The notes beneath the pieces were generated by a model that was not told the DNA's origin, made no database searches, and saw only the letters and a list, made by a program, of their open reading frames with translations. Positions 11,201 through 26,200 of a DNA stretch of 64,000 nt are shown here, one piece after another. The stretch lies in the NCBI RefSeq assembly GCF_009914755.1, contig NC_060928.1, one strand, 5' to 3'. Each line of letters starts with the position of its first letter. Position 1 is the stretch's first letter. The position numbers and the translations under genes are program-made. Origin of the DNA: the human T2T-CHM13v2.0 reference genome, Homo sapiens.

Positions 11201-14200
11201 CTTTGTGATGTTTGCATTCAAGTCACAGAGTTAAATATTCTTTTACAGAGGAGGTTTGAAACACTCTTTCTGCACTCCCTGGAAGTGGAGATTTCGAGCG
11301 CTTTGAGGCCTATGGTGAAAAAGGAAATATCTTCCCATAAAAACTAGACGGAAGCCTTCTCAGAAACTTGTTTGAGATGTGTGTATTCAACTAAGAGCGT
11401 TGAACATTTCTTTTTACAGAGCAGTTTTAAAACACTCTTTTTGTGGAATCTGAAAGTGGATAATTGGATAGCTTTGTGGATTTCGTTGGAAACGGGATTA
11501 CGTATAAAATCTAGAGAGAAGCATTCTCAGAAACTTCTTTCTGATGTTTGCATTCAAGTCACAGAATTGAACATTCCTTTTCATAGTGCAGGTTTGAAAC
11601 ACTCTTTCTGTACTATCTGGAAGTGGACATTTCAAGCGCTTTCAGGCCTATGGGGAGAAAGGAAATATCTTGAAATAAAAACTAGACAGAAGGATTCTCA
11701 GAAACTCATTGGTGATGTGTGTCCTAAACGAACACAGTTGAACCTTTGTTTTGATACAGCATTTTGGAAACACTCCCTTTGTAGAATCTGCAGGTGGATA
11801 TTTGGATAGATTTTAAGATTTCGTTGGAAACGGGAATTTCTTCATATAAACTCAAGACAGATGCAATCTCAGAAACTTCTCTGTGATGTTTGCATTCCAC
11901 TCATAGAGTTGAAAACTTCCTTTCATAGAGCAGGTTTGAAACACTCTTTTTGTAATATTTGGAAGTGGACATTTGCAGCGCTTTGAGGCCTATGGTGAAA
12001 AAGGAAATATCTTCTCATAAAAACCAGAAACAAGCATTCTCAGAAACTTCTTTTTGATGTGTGTACTCAAGTAACAGAGTTGAACCTTCCTTTTGACACA
12101 GCAGTTTTGAAACAATCTTTTTGTAGAATCTGCAAGTGGATATTTGGATAGCTTTGAGGATTTCGTTGGAAACGGGATATCTTCATATAAAATCTAGACA
12201 GAAGCACTCTCAGAAACTTCTTTGTGCTGTATGTCCTCAATTAACAGAGTTGAACCATTGCTTGGATACAGCATTTTGGAAACATTCCTTTAGTAGAATC
12301 TGCAAGTTGATATTTAGATAGATTTGAAGATTTCGTTGGAAACGGGAATATCTTCATATAAAATCTAGACGGAGGCATTCTCAGAAACTGCTTTGTGATG
12401 TTTCCATTCAAGTCACAGAGTTGAATATTCTCTTTTATAGAGCACGTTTGAAACACTCTTTCTGCACTATCTGGAAGTGGACATTTCGAGCGCTGTGAGG
12501 CCTATGGTGAAAAAGGAAATATCTTCCCATAAAGACTAGACAGAAGCATTCTCAGAAACTTGTTTATGATGTGTGTATTCAACTAACAGACTTGAACTTT
12601 TGTTTTTACAGAGCAGTTTTAAGACAATCTTTTTGTGGAATCAGAAAGTGGATATTCGGATGGCTTTGAGGACTTCGTTGGAAGCGGGATTACATATAAA
12701 ATCTAGAGAGAAGCATTCTCAGGAACTACTTTGTGATGTTTGCATTGAAGTCACAGAATTGAACATTCACTTTGATAGAGCAGGTTTGAAACACTCATTC
12801 TGTAGTATCTGGAAGCGGACAATTCAAGCGCTTTCAGGCCTATGGGGAGAAAGGAAATATCTTCAAATAAAAACTAGAGAGAAGCATCCTCAGAAACTAA
12901 TATGTGATGTGTGTCCTCAACTAACAGAGTTGAAACTTTGTTTTGATACAGCATTTTGGAAACACTCTTTTTGTAGAATCTGCAGGTGGATATTTGGATA
13001 GCTTAGAGGGATTCGTTGGAAAGGGGATATCTTCATATAAAATCTAGACAGAAGCATTCTCAGAAACTTATTTGTGATGTGTGTCCTCAACTAACAGAGT
13101 GGAACCTTGGTTTTGATACAGCATTTTGGAAACACTCCTTTTGTAGAATCTGCAGGTGGATATGTGGATAGCTTTGAAGATTTCGTTGGAAACGGGAATT
13201 TCTTCATATAAAATCAAACAGAAGCATTCTCAGAAACTTCTCTGTGATGTTTGCATTCAGCTCATGGAGTTGAACACTTCCTTTCATAGAGCAGGTTTGA
13301 AACACTCTTTCTGCACTACCAGGAAGTGGACATTTCGAGCGCTTTGAGGCCTATGGTGAAAAAGGAAATATCTTCTCATAAAAACCAGAAAGAAGCGTTC
13401 TCAGAAACTTATTTGTGTTGTGTGTACTCATGTAACAGTGTTGAACCATCCTTTTGACAGAGCAGTTTTGACACACTCTTTTTGTAGAATCTGCAAGTGG
13501 ATATTTGGATAGCTTTGAGGATTTCATTGGAAACGGGTTATCTTCATATTAAATCTAGACAGAAGCATTCTCAGAAACTTCTTTGTGCTGTATGTCCTCA
13601 ATTCACAGAGTTGAACCTTTGTTTGGATACAGCATTTTGGAAACATTCCTTTAGTAGAATCTGCAAGTTGATATTTAGATAGCTTTGAAGATTTCGTTGG
13701 AAACGGGAATATCTTTATAAAAAATCTAGACGGAAGCATTGTCAGAAACTGCTTTGTGATGTTTGCATTCAAGTCACAGAGTTAAATATTCTTTTACAGA
13801 GCAGGTTTGAAACACTCTTTCTGCACTCCCTGGAAGTGGAGATTTCGAGGGCTTTGAGGCCTATGGTGAAAAAGGAAATATCTTCCCATAAAAACTAGAC
13901 GGAAGCCTTCTCAGAAACTTGTTTGAGATGTGTGTATTCAACTAAGAGCGTTGAACATTTCTTTTTACAGAGCAGTTTAAAAACACTCTTTTTGTGGAAT
14001 CTGAAAGTGGATAATTGGATAGCTTTGTGGATTTTGTTGGAAACGGGATGATGTATAAAATCTAGAGAGAAGCATTCTCAGAAACTTCTTTCTGATGTTT
14101 GCATTCAAGTCACAGAATTGAACATTCCTTTTCATAGTGCAGGTTTGAAACACTCTTTCTGTACTATCTGGAAGTGGACATTTCAAGCGCTTTCAGGCCT

Positions 14201-17200
14201 ATGGGGAGAAAGGAAATATCTTCAAATAAAAACTAGACAGAAGGATTCTCAGAAACTCATTGGTGATGTGTGTCCTAAACGAACACAGTTGAACCTTTGT
14301 TTTGATACAGCATTTTGGAAACACTCCGTTTGTAGAATCTGCAGGTGGATATTTGGATAGATTTTAAGATTTCGTTGGAAACGGGAATTTCTTCATATAA
14401 ACTCAAGACAGATGCAATCTCAGAAACTTCTCTGTGATGTTTGCATTCCACTCATAGAGTTGAAAACTTCCTTTCATAGAGCAGGTTTGAAACACTCTTT
14501 TTGTAATATTTGGAAGTGGACATTTGCAGCGCTTTGAGGCCTATGGTGAAAAAGGAAATATCTTCTCATAAAAACCAGAAACAAGCATTCTCAGAAACTT
14601 CTTTTTGATGTGTGTACTCAAGTAACAGAGTTGAACCTTCCTTTTGACACAGCAGTTTTGAAACAATCTTTTTGTAGAATCTGCAAGTGGATATTTGGAT
14701 AGCTTTGAGGATTTCGTTGGAAACGGGATATCTTCATATAAAATCTAGACAGAAGCACTCTCAGAAACTTCTTTGTGCTGTATGTCCTCAATTAACAGAG
14801 TTGAACCATTGCTTGGATACAGCATTTTGGAAACATTCCTTTAGTAGAATCTGCAAGTTGATATTTAGATAGATTTGAAGATTTCGTTGGAAACGGGAAT
14901 ATCTTCATATAAAATCTAGACGGAGGCATTCTCAGAAACTGCTTTGTGATGTTTCCATTCAAGTCACAGAGTTGAATATTCTCTTTTATAGAGCACGTTT
15001 GAAACAGTCTTTCTGCACTATCTGGAAGTGGACATTTCGAGCGCTGTGAGGCCTATGGTGAAAAAGGAAATATCTTCCCATAAAGACTAGACAGAAGCAT
15101 TCTCAGAAACTTGTTTATGATGTGTGTATTCAACTAACAGACTTGAACTTTTGTTTTTACAGAGCAGTTTTAAGACAATCTTTTTGTGGAATCAGAAAGT
15201 GGATATTCGGATGGCTTTGAGGACTTCGTTGGAAGCGGGATTACATATAAAATCTAGAGAGAAGCATTCTCAGGAACTACTTTGTGATGTTTGCATTGAA
15301 GTCACAGAATTGAACATTCACTTTGATAGAGCAGGTTTGAAACACTCATTCTGTAGTATCTGGAAGCGGACAATTCAAGCGCTTTCAGGCCTATGGGGAG
15401 AAAGGAAATATCTTCAAATAAAAACTAGAGAGAAGCATCCTCAGAAACTAATATGTGATGTGTGTCCTCAACTAACAGAGTTGAAACTTTGTTTTGATAC
15501 AGCATTTTGGAAACACTCTTTTTGTAGAATCTGCAGGTGGATATTTGGATAGCTTAGAGGGATTCGTTGGAAAGGGGATATCTTCATATAAAATCTAGAC
15601 AGAAGCATTCTCAGAAACTTATTTGTGATGTGTGTCCTCAACTAACAGAGTGGAACCTTGGTTTTGATACAGCATTTTGGAAACACTCCTTTTGTAGAAT
15701 CTGCAGGTGGATATGTGGATAGCTTTGAAGATTTCGTTGGAAACGGGAATTTCTTCATATAAAATCAAACAGAAGCATTCTCAGAAACTTCTCTGTGATG
15801 TTTGCATTCAGCTCATGGAGTTGAACACTTCCTTTCATAGAGCAGGTTTGAAACACTCTTTCTGCACTACCAGGAAGTGGACATTTCGAGCGCTTTGAGG
15901 CCTATGGTGAAAAAGGAAATATCTTCTCATAAAAACCAGAAAGAAGCGTTCTCAGAAACTTCTTTGTGTTGTGTGTACTCATGTAACAGTGTTGAACCAT
16001 CCTTTTGACAGAGCAGTTTTGACACACTCTTTTTGTAGAATCTGCAAGTGGATATTTGGATAGCTTTGAGGATTTCATTGGAAACGGGTTATCTTCATAT
16101 TAAATCTAGACAGAAGCATTCTCAGAAACTTCTTTGTGCTGTATGTCCTCAATTCACAGAGTTGAACCTTTGTTTGGATACAGCATTTTGGAAACATTCC
16201 TTTAGTAGAATCTGCAAGTTGATATTTAGATAGCTTTGAAGATTTCGTTGGAAACGGGAATATCTTCATAGAAAATCTAGACGGAAGCATTGTCAGAAAC
16301 TGCTTTGTGATGTTTGCATTCAAGTCACAGAGTTAAATATTCTTTTACAGAGCAGGTTTGAAACACTCTTTCTGCACTCCCTGGAAGTGGAGATTTCGAG
16401 GGCTTTGAGGCCTATGGTGAAAAAGGAAATATCTTCCCATAAAAACTAGACGGAAGCCTTCTCAGAAACTTGTTTGAGATGTGTGTATTCAACTAAGAGC
16501 GTTGAACATTTCTTTTTACAGAGCAGTTTAAAAACACTCTTTTTGTGGAATCTGAAAGTGGATAATTGGATAGCTTTGTGGATTTTGTTGGAAACGGGAT
16601 GATGTATAAAATCTAGAGAGAAGCATTCTCAGAAACTTCTTTCTGATGTTTGCATTCAAGTCACAGAATTGAACATTCCTTTTCATAGTGCAGGTTTGAA
16701 ACACTCTTTCTGTACTATCTGGAAGTGGACATTTCAAGCGCTTTCAGGCCTATGGGGAGAAAGGAAATATCTTGAAATAAAAACTAGACAGAAGGATTCT
16801 CAGAAACTCATTGGTGATGTGTGTCCTAAACGAACACAGTTGAACCTTTGTTTTGATACAGCATTTTGGAAACACTCCCTTTGTAGAATCTGCAGGTGGA
16901 TATTTGGATAGATTTTAAGATTTCGTTGGAAACGGGAATTTCTTCATATAAACTCAAGACAGATGCAATCTCAGAAACTTCTCTGTGATGTTTGCATTCC
17001 ACTCATAGAGTTGAAAACTTCCTTTCATAGAGCAGGTTTGAAACACTCTTTTTGTAATATTTGGAAGTGGACATTTGCAGCGCTTTGAGGCCTATGGTGA
17101 AAAAGGAAATATCTTCTCATAAAAACCAGAAACAAGCATTCTCAGAAACTTCTTTTTGATGTGTGTACTCAAGTAACAGAGTTGAACCTTCCTTTTGACA

Positions 17201-20200
17201 CAGCAGTTTTGAAACAATCTTTTTGTAGAATCTGCAAGTGGATATTTGGATAGCTTTGAGGATTTCGTTGGAAACGGGATATCTTCATATAAAATCTAGA
17301 CAGAAGCACTCTCAGAAACTTCTTTGTGCTGTATGTCCTCAATTAACAGAGTTGAACCATTGCTTGGATACAGCATTTTGGAAACATTCCTTTAGTAGAA
17401 TCTGCAAGTTGATATTTAGATAGATTTGAAGATTTCGTTGGAAACGGGAATATCTTCATATAAAATCTAGACGGAGGCATTCTCAGAAACTGCTTTGTGA
17501 TGTTTCCATTCAAGTCACAGAGTTGAATATTCTCTTTTATAGAGCACGTTTGAAACACTCTTTCTGCACTATCTGGAAGTGGACATTTCGAGCGCTGTGA
17601 GGCCTATGGTGAAAAAGGAAATATCTTCCCATAAAGACTAGACAGAAGCATTCTCAGAAACTTGTTTATGATGTGTGTATTCAACTAACAGACTTGAACT
17701 TTTGTTTTTACAGAGCAGTTTTAAGACAATCTTTTTGTGGAATCAGAAAGTGGATATTCGGATGGCTTTGAGGACTTCGTTGGAAGCGGGATTACATATA
17801 AAATCTAGAGAGAAGCATTCTCAGGAACTACTTTGTGATGTTTGCATTGAAGTCACAGAATTGAACATTCACTTTGATAGAGCAGGTTTGAAACACTCAT
17901 TCTGTAGTATCTGGAAGCGGACAATTCAAGCGCTTTCAGGCCTATGGGGAGAAAGGAAATATCTTCAAATAAAAACTAGAGAGAAGCATCCTCAGAAACT
18001 AATATGTGATGTGTGTCCTCAACTAACAGAGTTGAAACTTTGTTTTGATACAGCATTTTGGAAACACTCTTTTTGTAGAATCTGCAGGTGGATATTTGGA
18101 TAGCTTAGAGGGATTCGTTGGAAAGGGGATATCTTCATATAAAATCTAGACAGAAGCATTCTCAGAAACTTATTTGTGATGTGTGTCCTCAACTAACAGA
18201 GTGGAACCTTGGTTTTGATACAGCATTTTGGAAACACTCCTTTTGTAGAATCTGCAGGTGGATATGTGGATAGCTTTGAAGATTTCGTTGGAAACGGGAA
18301 TTTCTTCATATAAAATCAAACAGAAGCATTCTCAGAAACTTCTCTGTGATGTTTGCATTCAGCTCATGGAGTTGAACACTTCCTTTCATAGAGCAGGTTT
18401 GAAACACTCTTTCTGCACTACCAGGAAGTGGACATTTCGAGCGCTTTGAGGCCTATGGTGAAAAAGGAAATATCTTCTCATAAAAACCAGAAAGAAGCGT
18501 TCTCAGAAACTTCTTTGTGTTGTGTGTACTCATGTAACAGTGTTGAACCATCCTTTTGACAGAGCAGTTTTGACACACTCTTTTTGTAGAATCTGCAAGT
18601 GGATATTTGGATAGCTTTGAGGATTTCATTGGAAACGGGTTATCTTCATATTAAATCTAGACAGAAGCATTCTCAGAAACTTCTTTGTGCTGTATGTCCT
18701 CAATTCACAGAGTTGAACCTTTGTTTGGATACAGCATTTTGGAAACATTCCTTTAATAGAATCTGCAAGTTGATATTTAGATAGCTTTGAAGATTTCGTT
18801 GGAAACGGGAATATCTTCATAAAAAATCTAGACGGAAGCATTGTCAGAAACTGCTTTGTGATGTTTGCATTCAAGTCACAGAGTTAAATATTCTTTTACA
18901 GAGCAGGTTTGAAACACTCTTTCTGCACTCCCTGGAAGTGGAGATTTCGAGGGCTTTGAGGCCTATGGTGAAAAAGGAAATATCTTCCCATAAAAACTAG
19001 ACGGAAGCCTTCTCAGAAACTTGTTTGAGATGTGTGTATTCAACTAAGAGCGTTGAACATTTCTTTTTACAGAGCAGTTTAAAAACACTCTTTTTGTGGA
19101 ATCTGAAAGTGGATAATTGGATAGCTTTGTGGATTTTGTTGGAAACGGGATGATGTATAAAATCTAGAGAGAAGCATTCTCAGAAACTTCTTTCTGATGT
19201 TTGCATTCAAGTCACAGAATTGAACATTCCTTTTCATAGTGCAGGTTTGAAACACTCTTTCTGTACTATCTGGAAGTGGACATTTCAAGCGCTTTCAGGC
19301 CTATGGGGAGAAAGGAAATATCTTGAAATAAAAACTAGACAGAAGGATTCTCAGAAACTCATTGGTGATGTGTGTCCTAAACGAACACAGTTGAACCTTT
19401 GTTTTGATACAGCATTTTGGAAACACTCCCTTTGTAGAATCTGCAGGTGGATATTTGGATAGATTTTAAGATTTCGTTGGAAACGGGAATTTCTTCATAT
19501 AAACTCAAGACAGATGCAATCTCAGAAACTTCTCTGTGATGTTTGCATTCCACTCATAGAGTTGAAAACTTCCTTTCATAGAGCAGGTTTGAAACACTCT
19601 TTTTGTAATATTTGGAAGTGGACATTTGCAGCGCTTTGAGGCCTATGGTGAAAAAGGAAATATCTTCTCATAAAAACCAGAAACAAGCATTCTCAGAAAC
19701 TTCTTTTTGATGTGTGTACTCAAGTAACAGAGTTGAACCTTCCTTTTGACACAGCAGTTTTGAAACAATCTTTTTGTAGAATCTGCAAGTGGATATTTGG
19801 ATAGCTTTGAGGATTTCGTTGGAAACGGGATATCTTCATATAAAATCTAGACAGAAGCACTCTCAGAAACTTCTTTGTGCTGTATGTCCTCAATTAACAG
19901 AGTTGAACCATTGCTTGGATACAGCATTTTGGAAACATTCCTTTAGTAGAATCTGCAAGTTGATATTTAGATAGATTTGAAGATTTCGTTGGAAACGGGA
20001 ATATCTTCATATAAAATCTAGACGGAGGCATTCTCAGAAACTGCTTTGTGATGTTTCCATTCAAGTCACAGAGTTGAATATTCTCTTTTATAGAGCACGT
20101 TTGAAACACTCTTTCTGCACTATCTGGAAGTGGACATTTCGAGCGCTGTGAGGCCTATGGTGAAAAAGGAAATATCTTCCCATAAAGACTAGACAGAAGC

Positions 20201-23200
20201 ATTCTCAGAAACTTGTTTATGATGTGTGTATTCAACTAACAGACTTGAACTTTTGTTTTTACAGAGCAGTTTTAAGACAATCTTTTTGTGGAATCAGAAA
20301 GTGGATATTCGGATGGCTTTGAGGACTTCGTTGGAAGCGGGATTACATATAAAATCTAGAGAGAAGCATTCTCAGGAACTACTTTGTGATGTTTGCATTG
20401 AAGTCACAGAATTGAACATTCACTTTGATAGAGCAGGTTTGAAACACTCATTCTGTAGTATCTGGAAGCGGACAATTCAAGCGCTTTCAGGCCTATGGGG
20501 AGAAAGGAAATATCTTCAAATAAAAACTAGAGAGAAGCATCCTCAGAAACTAATATGTGATGTGTGTCCTCAACTAACAGAGTTGAAACTTTGTTTTGAT
20601 ACAGCATTTTGGAAACACTCTTTTTGTAGAATCTGCAGGTGGATATTTGGATAGCTTAGAGGGATTCGTTGGAAAGGGGATATCTTCATATAAAATCTAG
20701 ACAGAAGCATTCTCAGAAACTTATTTGTGATGTGTGTCCTCAACTAACAGAGTGGAACCTTGGTTTTGATACAGCATTTTGGAAACACTCCTTTTGTAGA
20801 ATCTGCAGGTGGATATGTGGATAGCTTTGAAGATTTCGTTGGAAACGGGAATTTCTTCATATAAAATCAAACAGAAGCATTCTCAGAAACTTCTCTGTGA
20901 TGTTTGCATTCAGCTCATGGAGTTGAACACTTCCTTTCATAGAGCAGGTTTGAAACACTCTTTCTGCACTACCAGGAAGTGGACATTTCGAGCGCTTTGA
21001 GGCCTATGGTGAAAAAGGAAATATCTTCTCATAAAAACCAGAAAGAAGCGTTCTCAGAAACTTCTTTGTGTTGTGTGTACTCATGTAACAGTGTTGAACC
21101 ATCCTTTTGACAGAGCAGTTTTGACACACTCTTTTTGTAGAATCTGCAAGTGGATATTTGGATAGCTTTGAGGATTTCATTGGAAACGGGTTATCTTCAT
21201 ATTAAATCTAGACAGAAGCATTCTCAGAAACTTCTTTGTGCTGTATGTCCTCAATTCACAGAGTTGAACCTTTGTTTGGATACAGCATTTTGGAAACATT
21301 CCTTTAATAGAATCTGCAAGTTGATATTTAGATAGCTTTGAAGATTTCGTTGGAAACGGGAATATCTTCATAAAAAATCTAGACGGAAGCATTGTCAGAA
21401 ACTGCTTTGTGATGTTTGCATTCAAGTCACAGAGTTAAATATTCTTTTACAGAGCAGGTTTGAAACACTCTTTCTGCACTCCCTGGAAGTGGAGATTTCG
21501 AGGGCTTTGAGGCCTATGGTGAAAAAGGAAATATCTTCCCATAAAAACTAGACGGAAGCCTTCTCAGAAACTTGTTTGAGATGTGTGTATTCAACTAAGA
21601 GCGTTGAACATTTCTTTTTACAGAGCAGTTTAAAAACACTCTTTTTGTGGAATCTGAAAGTGGATAATTGGATAGCTTTGTGGATTTTGTTGGAAACGGG
21701 ATGATGTATAAAATCTAGAGAGAAGCATTCTCAGAAACTTCTTTCTGATGTTTGCATTCAAGTCACAGAATTGAACATTCCTTTTCATAGTGCAGGTTTG
21801 AAACACTCTTTCTGTACTATCTGGAAGTGGACATTTCAAGCGCTTTCAGGCCTATGGGGAGAAAGGAAATATCTTGAAATAAAAACTAGACAGAAGGATT
21901 CTCAGAAACTCATTGGTGATGTGTGTCCTAAACGAACACAGTTGAACCTTTGTTTTGATACAGCATTTTGGAAACACTCCCTTTGTAGAATCTGCAGGTG
22001 GATATTTGGATAGATTTTAAGATTTCGTTGGAAACGGGAATTTCTTCATATAAACTCAAGACAGATGCAATCTCAGAAACTTCTCTGTGATGTTTGCATT
22101 CCACTCATAGAGTTGAAAACTTCCTTTCATAGAGCAGGTTTGAAACACTCTTTTTGTAATATTTGGAAGTGGACATTTGCAGCGCTTTGAGGCCTATGGT
22201 GAAAAAGGAAATATCTTCTCATAAAAACCAGAAACAAGCATTCTCAGAAACTTCTTTTTGATGTGTGTACTCAAGTAACAGAGTTGAACCTTCCTTTTGA
22301 CACAGCAGTTTTGAAACAATCTTTTTGTAGAATCTGCAAGTGGATATTTGGATAGCTTTGAGGATTTCGTTGGAAACGGGATATCTTCATATAAAATCTA
22401 GACAGAAGCACTCTCAGAAACTTCTTTGTGCTGTATGTCCTCAATTAACAGAGTTGAACCATTGCTTGGATACAGCATTTTGGAAACATTCCTTTAGTAG
22501 AATCTGCAAGTTGATATTTAGATAGATTTGAAGATTTCGTTGGAAACGGGAATATCTTCATATAAAATCTAGACGGAGGCATTCTCAGAAACTGCTTTGT
22601 GATGTTTCCATTCAAGTCACAGAGTTGAATATTCTCTTTTATAGAGCACGTTTGAAACACTCTTTCTGCACTATCTGGAAGTGGACATTTCGAGCGCTGT
22701 GAGGCCTATGGTGAAAAAGGAAATATCTTCCCATAAAGACTAGACAGAAGCATTCTCAGAAACTTGTTTATGATGTGTGTATTCAACTAACAGACTTGAA
22801 CTTTTGTTTTTACAGAGCAGTTTTAAGACAATCTTTTTGTGGAATCAGAAAGTGGATATTCGGATGGCTTTGAGGACTTCGTTGGAAGCGGGATTACATA
22901 TAAAATCTAGAGAGAAGCATTCTCAGGAACTACTTTGTGATGTTTGCATTGAAGTCACAGAATTGAACATTCACTTTGATAGAGCAGGTTTGAAACACTC
23001 ATTCTGTAGTATCTGGAAGCGGACAATTCAAGCGCTTTCAGGCCTATGGGGAGAAAGGAAATATCTTCAAATAAAAACTAGAGAGAAGCATCCTCAGAAA
23101 CTAATATGTGATGTGTGTCCTCAACTAACAGAGTTGAAACTTTGTTTTGATACAGCATTTTGGAAACACTCTTTTTGTAGAATCTGCAGGTGGATATTTG

Positions 23201-26200
23201 GATAGCTTAGAGGGATTCGTTGGAAAGGGGATATCTTCATATAAAATCTAGACAGAAGCATTCTCAGAAACTTATTTGTGATGTGTGTCCTCAACTAACA
23301 GAGTGGAACCTTGGTTTTGATACAGCATTTTGGAAACACTCCTTTTGTAGAATCTGCAGGTGGATATGTGGATAGCTTTGAAGATTTCGTTGGAAACGGG
23401 AATTTCTTCATATAAAATCAAACAGAAGCATTCTCAGAAACTTCTCTGTGATGTTTGCATTCAGCTCATGGAGTTGAACACTTCCTTTCATAGAGCAGGT
23501 TTGAAACACTCTTTCTGCACTACCAGGAAGTGGACATTTCGAGCGCTTTGAGGCCTATGGTGAAAAAGGAAATATCTTCTCATAAAAACCAGAAAGAAGC
23601 GTTCTCAGAAACTTCTTTGTGTTGTGTGTACTCATGTAACAGTGTTGAACCATCCTTTTGACAGAGCAGTTTTGACACACTCTTTTTGTAGAATCTGCAA
23701 GTGGATATTTGGATAGCTTTGAGGATTTCATTGGAAACGGGTTATCTTCATATTAAATCTAGACAGAAGCATTCTCAGAAACTTCTTTGTGCTGTATGTC
23801 CTCAATTCACAGAGTTGAACCTTTGTTTGGATACAGCATTTTGGAAACATTCCTTTAATAGAATCTGCAAGTTGATATTTAGATAGCTTTGAAGATTTCG
23901 TTGGAAACGGGAATATCTTCATAAAAAATCTAGACGGAAGCATTGTCAGAAACTGCTTTGTGATGTTTGCATTCAAGTCACAGAGTTAAATATTCTTTTA
24001 CAGAGCAGGTTTGAAACACTCTTTCTGCACTCCCTGGAAGTGGAGATTTCGAGGGCTTTGAGGCCTATGGTGAAAAAGGAAATATCTTCCCATAAAAACT
24101 AGACGGAAGCCTTCTCAGAAACTTGTTTGAGATGTGTGTATTCAACTAAGAGCGTTGAACATTTCTTTTTACAGAGCAGTTTAAAAACACTCTTTTTGTG
24201 GAATCTGAAAGTGGATAATTGGATAGCTTTGTGGATTTTGTTGGAAACGGGATGATGTATAAAATCTAGAGAGAAGCATTCTCAGAAACTTCTTTCTGAT
24301 GTTTGCATTCAAGTCACAGAATTGAACATTCCTTTTCATAGTGCAGGTTTGAAACACTCTTTCTGTACTATCTGGAAGTGGACATTTCAAGCGCTTTCAG
24401 GCCTATGGGGAGAAAGGAAATATCTTGAAATAAAAACTAGACAGAAGGATTCTCAGAAACTCATTGGTGATGTGTGTCCTAAACGAACACAGTTGAACCT
24501 TTGTTTTGATACAGCATTTTGGAAACACTCCCTTTGTAGAATCTGCAGGTGGATATTTGGATAGATTTTAAGATTTCGTTGGAAACGGGAATTTCTTCAT
24601 ATAAACTCAAGACAGATGCAATCTCAGAAACTTCTCTGTGATGTTTGCATTCCACTCATAGAGTTGAAAACTTCCTTTCATAGAGCAGGTTTGAAACACT
24701 CTTTTTGTAATATTTGGAAGTGGACATTTGCAGCGCTTTGAGGCCTATGGTGAAAAAGGAAATATCTTCTCATAAAAACCAGAAACAAGCATTCTCAGAA
24801 ACTTCTTTTTGATGTGTGTACTCAAGTAACAGAGTTGAACCTTCCTTTTGACACAGCAGTTTTGAAACAATCTTTTTGTAGAATCTGCAAGTGGATATTT
24901 GGATAGCTTTGAGGATTTCGTTGGAAACGGGATATCTTCATATAAAATCTAGACAGAAGCACTCTCAGAAACTTCTTTGTGCTGTATGTCCTCAATTAAC
25001 AGAGTTGAACCATTGCTTGGATACAGCATTTTGGAAACATTCCTTTAGTAGAATCTGCAAGTTGATATTTAGATAGATTTGAAGATTTCGTTGGAAAAGG
25101 GAATATCTTCATATAAAATCTAGACGGAGGCATTCTCAGAAACTGCTTTGTGATGTTTCCATTCAAGTCACAGAGTTGAATATTCTCTTTTATAGAGCAC
25201 GTTTGAAACACTCTTTCTGCACTATCTGGAAGTGGACATTTCGAGCGCTGTGAGGCCTATGGTGAAAAAGGAAATATCTTCCCATAAAGACTAGACAGAA
25301 GCATTCTCAGAAACTTGTTTATGATGTGTGTATTCAACTAACAGACTTGAACTTTTGTTTTTACAGAGCAGTTTTAAGACAATCTTTTTGTGGAATCAGA
25401 AAGTGGATATTCGGATGGCTTTGAGGACTTCGTTGGAAGCGGGATTACATATAAAATCTAGAGAGAAGCATTCTCAGGAACTACTTTGTGATGTTTGCAT
25501 TGAAGTCACAGAATTGAACATTCACTTTGATAGAGCAGGTTTGAAACACTCATTCTGTAGTATCTGGAAGCGGACAATTCAAGCGCTTTCAGGCCTATGG
25601 GGAGAAAGGAAATATCTTCAAATAAAAACTAGAGAGAAGCATCCTCAGAAACTAATATGTGATGTGTGTCCTCAACTAACAGAGTTGAAACTTTGTTTTG
25701 ATACAGCATTTTGGAAACACTCTTTTTGTAGAATCTGCAGGTGGATATTTGGATAGCTTAGAGGGATTCGTTGGAAAGGGGATATCTTCATATAAAATCT
25801 AGACAGAAGCATTCTCAGAAACTTATTTGTGATGTGTGTCCTCAACTAACAGAGTGGAACCTTGGTTTTGATACAGCATTTTGGAAACACTCCTTTTGTA
25901 GAATCTGCAGGTGGATATGTGGATAGCTTTGAAGATTTCGTTGGAAACGGGAATTTCTTCATATAAAATCAAACAGAAGCATTCTCAGAAACTTCTCTGT
26001 GATGTTTGCATTCAGCTCATGGAGTTGAACACTTCCTTTCATAGAGCAGGTTTGAAACACTCTTTCTGCACTACCAGGAAGTGGACATTTCGAGCGCTTT
26101 GAGGCCTATGGTGAAAAAGGAAATATCTTCTCATAAAAACCAGAAAGAAGCGTTCTCAGAAGCTTCTTTGTGTTGTGTGTACTCATGTAACAGTGTTGAA

